Assembly (NCBI GenBank): GCA_044359535.1
Contig: JBIKLZ010000020.1
Span: forward strand, 1 to 20,840
Reading direction: 5' to 3'
Length of the DNA: 20,840 bases
From: Chlamydiia bacterium
Lineage (GTDB): Bacteria; Chlamydiota; Chlamydiia; Chlamydiales; 2-12-FULL-49-11
Numbering within the stretch: the stretch's first letter is position 1; every line of letters starts with the position of its first letter. The notes beneath the pieces were generated by a model. The model worked only from the letters and a program-made list of their open reading frames with translations, was not told the DNA's origin and made no database searches. The translations under genes and the position numbers were made by a program. This document shows positions 16,047 to 20,840 of this stretch, piece after piece.

Positions 16047-17261
16047 ATGGCAAAAAAAATATTTGACCCCATACATGGATTTATCGATATTAAAACATTT
16101 GAGGAAGAAATCATCTCTTCATTTCCTTTCAAAAGATTGCAAGCCATTCATCAAATTGCTGCGGCTGCATTTGTTTATAATGGTGGAAATCATAAACGTT
16201 ATGAACACTCCATTGGGACAATGATGGTTGCTGACAAAATTTATCATCATGTCATGAAAAAATCTAATTTCTTTCCAAATCTTCCAAAAAAGGGGACTAA
16301 AGAGTACAACTATTGGAGGTCTGTCCTAAGAGCTGCAGCTCTTTGTCATGATTTAGGTCACCCTCCATTTTCTCATCTTGCAGAAAAAGAACTCCTTCAT
16401 GGAGAAAGGCATGAACAGTGGACTAAAAAAATTATTTTTTCTGAGTATTTAACCCCCATTTGGAAAAAAGAAAATTTGGACCCAACACATATTGCTAAAA
16501 TTTCCATTGGAAGGGGCTATTTTGATGAACCTTTTAGTGAAATAGAGTCTATCTTAACAGAGATGATCACAGGGGATTACTTTGGGGCAGACCGCATTGA
16601 TTACCTTTTAAGAGATTCTTATTTCACAGGCCTTGCTTACGGTTCATTTGACTATGAGCAGTTGATTCAATCTTTGTCGATCCTCCCTTATAAGGGTCGA
16701 GCCTATTTAGGGGTCGAAGAGGATGGACTGGAGTCTTGTTATGCCTTATTACTTGCTCGTTATTTTATGCATAAAAGATTGTACCAATATTCAAATATTA
16801 AGGCCTATAGTTTTCACTTCTCAAGATTTATCCTTAAGTATTATCAAGGGAAAAATATTACAAATAGTGTCGATGACTATTTGAAAACAAATGATTTTGA
16901 AATTTTAGCCGAAGTGTACAAAGCCTATATCGATAAAACCCACCCTTTTCATAGTGAAGCCTTATGTTTAATGAACAGACAAATGCGCTATAAAGCCACG
17001 CCTGTGGATGATGCAACCATGAACTCCTATAAGAAAAAATTTGAAAAAGAACCCTCATGGATCTTTTTTGAAGAAAATTCTATAGATAAAAAAAAGAAAT
17101 TCTTCTCCTTTCCCGTATTACAAAAAGATGGTATGATTCAAGGGGCTGATACAATCTCTGATGTACATATTCCTGTAAATATGTCAAATTGGGTGTTTGT
17201 TTCCCCGGAGCATACAGATTTTTTAAAACACAAGGAAAGTGATGCTGAAGAAGTACACTGA
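16047..17261 (+). CDS. HD-domain phosphohydrolase, SAMHD1/dNTP triphosphohydrolase-like
   Basis: DPIHGFI, FKRLQAIHQ, RYEHSIG, ALCHDLGHPPFSH, ADRIDYLLRDS, ARYFMHKRLY. Confidence 0.92.
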   Translation: MAKKIFDPIHGFIDIKTFEEEIISSFPFKRLQAIHQIAAAAFVYNGGNHKRYEHSIGTMMVADKIYHHVMKKSNFFPNLPKKGTKEYNYWRSVLRAAALCHDLGHPPFSHLAEKELLHGERHEQWTKKIIFSEYLTPIWKKENLDPTHIAKISIGRGYFDEPFSEIESILTEMITGDYFGADRIDYLLRDSYFTGLAYGSFDYEQLIQSLSILPYKGRAYLGVEEDGLESCYALLLARYFMHKRLYQYSNIKAYSFHFSRFILKYYQGKNITNSVDDYLKTNDFEILAEVYKAYIDKTHPFHSEALCLMNRQMRYKATPVDDATMNSYKKKFEKEPSWIFFEENSIDKKKKFFSFPVLQKDGMIQGADTISDVHIPVNMSNWVFVSPEHTDFLKHKESDAEEVH

Positions 17262-18531
17262 TAAACTCAGTGCTGAATACAAAGCTTATAAAATAGAAGA
17301 AAAATGGTTTGTTTTTTTTATTATGATTTGTGGCTTTGCCATTTCAGCTGAAGCTGCGATCACTCGATCGGTTGCAACCTCTTTTTTTATCGACGCTTAT
17401 GGGTCTAACCAATTTCCTTACGCATGGCTTGCCTCACTTCCTTTAAATTTTGCAATAGTTGCTTTTTATAATAAATTTATCCCAAGACTTGGGTGTGGGA
17501 AAATGATGGGGGCAGTCCTTTCTTTTACTGTTGCTTTTAACCTATTTTGTATGTTTTTTTTAAAATCTATCTATTCACTCCCTTTTTTCCTCTACCTTTG
17601 GAAAGATATTTTTATTATATTTATGTTCCATAACCTTTGGTCTGTTATTCACTCCACAATTCCTATCAAAAGGGCAAAATACATTTATGGGATTTTTTAT
17701 GGGATGGGAGGTCTTGGCTCTGTTCTAGGAAATGTAATCCCAGGCTTTTTAGCCGTCCTTTTGGGCTCAGCAAAGCTTTTGATCATTACAATCCCATTAT
17801 ATCTGATTACCTATCTTTGTTACTCAAGTGCCGTCCTTATTCGTAATAAAATTTCCACCTCCGAAGATATATCGATGAAAGATGAAAAAGGGAGTGTTTT
17901 TTTTGGATTAAAAATGATTGCTGAGTCAAAAATCCTTAAATTTATCCTATTGATTGTTGTGGGAATGCAACTGACATCTACATTATTAGATTTTCAATTT
18001 TGTACCTTTTTACATTCAAAATTCACACACCTAGATCTAAGGACACAATTTATGGGAAGATTATTTGGTGTGGTAAACTTTATTAACATATTTTTACAAT
18101 TTTTTGGGTGTGCCATTTTACTAAAAATTTTAGGGCTAAGAAAAACCCATCTCCTTATCCCATCTATTCTACTTATTCAAGTGGGTTTGTTTCTTGTCCA
18201 CCCCACCTTTGCCTTAATTTGTATGGCTTTTGGAACCATTAAATCGTTTGACTATTCCATTTTTGGAATTGTCAAAGAAATGCTCTACATCCCTTTAAAT
18301 GTATCACAAAAATTTCAAGCAAAAGCCATTATCGATGTTTTTGCTTATAGAAGTTCTAAAGCCTTAGGTTCATTTTTAATTTTAACTTTGACCTATTTTT
18401 CACCAAAAAATATCACATCGCTCATCACAGCTTCTGTCATCTGTATTTTTTTACTATGGATGGGCGCTGTTATTTCTATGAGAGAGTACTTTGCAAACCT
18501 CGATGAAGAAAACCCATTAAAAATTAAATAA
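17239..18531 (+). CDS. Npt1/Npt2 (TLC)-family nucleotide transporter-like membrane protein
   Basis: About 12 hydrophobic segments; AKYIYGIF, KSFDYSIF, KEMLYIPL, KFQAKAIID, YRSSKALGS; start GTG 17239 or ATG 17242. Confidence 0.85.
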   Translation: MMLKKYTDKLSAEYKAYKIEEKWFVFFIMICGFAISAEAAITRSVATSFFIDAYGSNQFPYAWLASLPLNFAIVAFYNKFIPRLGCGKMMGAVLSFTVAFNLFCMFFLKSIYSLPFFLYLWKDIFIIFMFHNLWSVIHSTIPIKRAKYIYGIFYGMGGLGSVLGNVIPGFLAVLLGSAKLLIITIPLYLITYLCYSSAVLIRNKISTSEDISMKDEKGSVFFGLKMIAESKILKFILLIVVGMQLTSTLLDFQFCTFLHSKFTHLDLRTQFMGRLFGVVNFINIFLQFFGCAILLKILGLRKTHLLIPSILLIQVGLFLVHPTFALICMAFGTIKSFDYSIFGIVKEMLYIPLNVSQKFQAKAIIDVFAYRSSKALGSFLILTLTYFSPKNITSLITASVICIFLLWMGAVISMREYFANLDEENPLKIK

Positions 18532-18600
18532 TTTATTTGATAAAAAGAGAGGTTAGAGCTACTGTTTAAAATAGTGTATCTATTTTACCGGAGTAAGAAC

Positions 18601-19701
18601 ATGCTGAAAAAGGGATTATTAGGATTTTCTATTGTATCACAAATTTTATTAGTGATCTTTATGGGGGTCTATATGTTCACACATAGAGCTCAAAAAGAGA
18701 TTATTCATGATTTATTTATCCAACCCTCTTCCTCTTTACAAGGGGGTGAGCCTTCTGCTTTTTCAGTTCCCTTTACTTCTTTTCTAAAGGCAAAGGGGGT
18801 TGTTGTCCCTTCCTCTGGGTATATAAAAGTTTCAAACCCCTTAATAGGAAAAGTAAAGGATGTTTTTGTCTCTTTAGGCGATAGGGTAAATCAAGATACC
18901 CCACTATTTAAACTGTGCGATGATGAAGCCCAACTTGAAGTTAAAGAAAAGGAGGCTTGTTTAGATCAATCGATTGCAAGATTAAATTTTATGAAAAAGG
19001 GTCCTTCAGAATTTGCACTACTGAGTAAGCAAAAAGAGGTTGAAGAGGTAGAAATTAAAAAACATGGACAAGAAAGGGAAGCTGAAATTTTTCAGACCCT
19101 TTTAAGTAAAACGGCAATAAGTACTCTTGAGCATGATGAAAAGCAACTTTTTTTACAGATCACAGAAAAAGAATTAGAAAGGGTCAAAGCCCAATACGAT
19201 GAGTTAAAAGCAGGGATGTCTCCTGAAGAAGAGTTAATCTATATAAATGATGTGGAAGAAAAAAAAGTCTCTTTAAAATTAAGTACCTTAAAACTTGAAG
19301 ATACAGTGGTTAAAGCCCCCACCTCTGGAACCGTTCTTTCTGTCGATGTTCTTGAAGGAGAGTATCTTAATGATAGAGGAATAAAGGGTGTGACTATAGG
19401 AAAGACGACCCCTTCGATGGTTTGTGTGAGTGTTGATGAAAAGGAAGCCTATAAAATTTGCTTAGGGCAAAAGCTTCGTGCAATTGCAGTTCATCCTGCA
19501 AATCCCTCGATCTATTTTGTTTTAGACTACGTTTGTCATCACCCCAAATTGAGTGTATACACAAATGGGGAGCGTAAATTAGAGCTTTTCTTTACCTTTC
19601 ACAAGGGGGACTTTCCTATCTATTTAGAACAATCTTTAGATGTTTTTGTTGAGACGTTTAAAACTGCAGACCTTTCATTTGTTCACTATCAATATCATTA
19701 G
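18601..19701 (+). CDS. HlyD/DevB-family membrane fusion protein; start revised to ATG 18601
   Basis: N-terminal TM, half-lipoyl motifs GKVKDVFVSLGDRV and VKAPTSGTVL flanking a long coiled coil; GGAG at 18590-18593. Confidence 0.85.
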   Translation: MLKKGLLGFSIVSQILLVIFMGVYMFTHRAQKEIIHDLFIQPSSSLQGGEPSAFSVPFTSFLKAKGVVVPSSGYIKVSNPLIGKVKDVFVSLGDRVNQDTPLFKLCDDEAQLEVKEKEACLDQSIARLNFMKKGPSEFALLSKQKEVEEVEIKKHGQEREAEIFQTLLSKTAISTLEHDEKQLFLQITEKELERVKAQYDELKAGMSPEEELIYINDVEEKKVSLKLSTLKLEDTVVKAPTSGTVLSVDVLEGEYLNDRGIKGVTIGKTTPSMVCVSVDEKEAYKICLGQKLRAIAVHPANPSIYFVLDYVCHHPKLSVYTNGERKLELFFTFHKGDFPIYLEQSLDVFVETFKTADLSFVHYQYH

Positions 19702-19750
19702 TTGAAATAAATCTATTGCTATGGATGATTTAAGTGAATAGGGAGGGGAT

Positions 19751-20840
19751 GTGGAAGAGTCAAAAATAAGGGGTAAGTCAATACTTTTTAACCCTTTACT
19801 TAATAAAGGAAGTGCCTTTACTCATGAAGAAAGGGAAAAACTTGGAATAAAGGGGCTTTTACCTGACCATGTGTCCTCAATGTCTGAGCAACTTGAAAGA
19901 CGCTATGCAAGTTTTAAGTTATGCTCAACAGATTTATCTAAATACATCTTTCTTACAGACTTACAAAATCGAAATGAGGTCTTGTTTTATAAATTTTGTT
20001 CAGAGCATGTTAAAGAGACCCTTCCTTATATCTATACACCCGTAGTTGGGGAGGCTTCTTTATACTTTAGTTTACAATACAACCATGTTCATGGATTGTA
20101 TATCACTTATGACATGAAAGATGATATAGAGTCTGTTTTAAGAAATATTCAAGCCCAAAATATTAAAGTCATTGTGGCAACCGATGGGGGGAGAGTTTTA
20201 GGTCTTGGGGATGTCGGAGTTGGGGGGATGACAATTCCAATTGGAAAAACGACTCTATACACTTTATTTGGGGGAGTGTCCCCAGAATCTGTCCTTCCTA
20301 TCTTTTTAGATGTGGGGACCAATAATGAAGAGCTATTAAAAAATCCTCTTTATATAGGTCGGAGAACAAAACGTGTAGATTCAGATCAATATTATGAGTT
20401 CATGGACAAGTTTGTTGCTGCGATAAAAAAAGTTTTCCCAGAAGCATTGTTGCAATGGGAGGATTTACTAGGTATTCATGCTCAAAAGGTTTTAGATCGT
20501 TATAAAGACAAAATCCTTTCATTTAATGACGATATTCAAGGGACAGCAGGGGTTGTTTTAGCAGGGCTTTTAAGTGCTTTAAAACAAAAAAAATCTAAGT
20601 TAGAGAAAGAAAAGATCGCTATTTTTGGAGGAGGGGCAGCAGGCCTTGGAATTGCCCATATTATTTATCGTTACCTTGTATACAATGGGGTAAAAGAAGA
20701 TGTTGCCAAAGAACAAATTTATATTATTGACAGATTTGGACTTACATACACAGGTCAAGAGGGTCTTTTACCTCAACATGAGTTTTTTGCTAAAAAAAAG
20801 TCGCTTAAAGGTGACATTGTCTCTTTAGATGAAACCATTA
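19751..20840 (+). CDS. maeA: NAD(P)-dependent malic enzyme, 3' end outside window (missing from ORF track)
   Basis: GTG start after GGAGG; NPLLNKGSAF, GLLP, IYTPVVG, TDGGRVLGLGD, IPIGK, LDVGTNN, QWED, FNDDIQGTAGV, GGGAAGLG. Confidence 0.95.
   Translation, partial: MEESKIRGKSILFNPLLNKGSAFTHEEREKLGIKGLLPDHVSSMSEQLERRYASFKLCSTDLSKYIFLTDLQNRNEVLFYKFCSEHVKETLPYIYTPVVGEASLYFSLQYNHVHGLYITYDMKDDIESVLRNIQAQNIKVIVATDGGRVLGLGDVGVGGMTIPIGKTTLYTLFGGVSPESVLPIFLDVGTNNEELLKNPLYIGRRTKRVDSDQYYEFMDKFVAAIKKVFPEALLQWEDLLGIHAQKVLDRYKDKILSFNDDIQGTAGVVLAGLLSALKQKKSKLEKEKIAIFGGGAAGLGIAHIIYRYLVYNGVKEDVAKEQIYIIDRFGLTYTGQEGLLPQHEFFAKKKSLKGDIVSLDETI

Noticed and set aside
14020-17846. Short nested ORFs 14020-14295, 14628-14810, 16858-17058, 17637-17846
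   Set aside because: All nested in longer motif-bearing genes.

Overview
AT-rich bacterial window, probably from an environmental Chlamydiae genome (inferred from the leuS-waaA pair, an Npt/TLC-family nucleotide transporter and Sel1/effector-like genes). Left: 3' end of leuS, waaA, tRNA-fMet and a second CAT-anticodon tRNA. An 8,552-bp element is integrated into the second tRNA, bounded by a perfect 43-bp direct repeat (2352-2394 / 10904-10946) that starts at the first base of the anticodon loop. It encodes an intact tyrosine integrase, an apparently catalytically dead integrase-like protein, an Xis/AlpA-like protein, a DUF927 helicase, an iteron-type origin, a separate Zn-ribbon/Toprim primase, a conserved hypothetical plus HGGxSTG-like pair, a reverse-strand membrane-protein cargo pair (one gene broken by an amber codon) and an RHH-like regulator. 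No capsid, tail or conjugation genes are recognisable, so it resembles a PICI-like satellite. Right of attR are orphan/effector-like genes and a co-directional cluster: FtsX-like permease, motif-less ABC ATPase, SAMHD1-like HD protein, NTT-like transporter, HlyD-family protein and a malic enzyme cut by the window edge. All family calls are from motif reading by eye; no searches were run.
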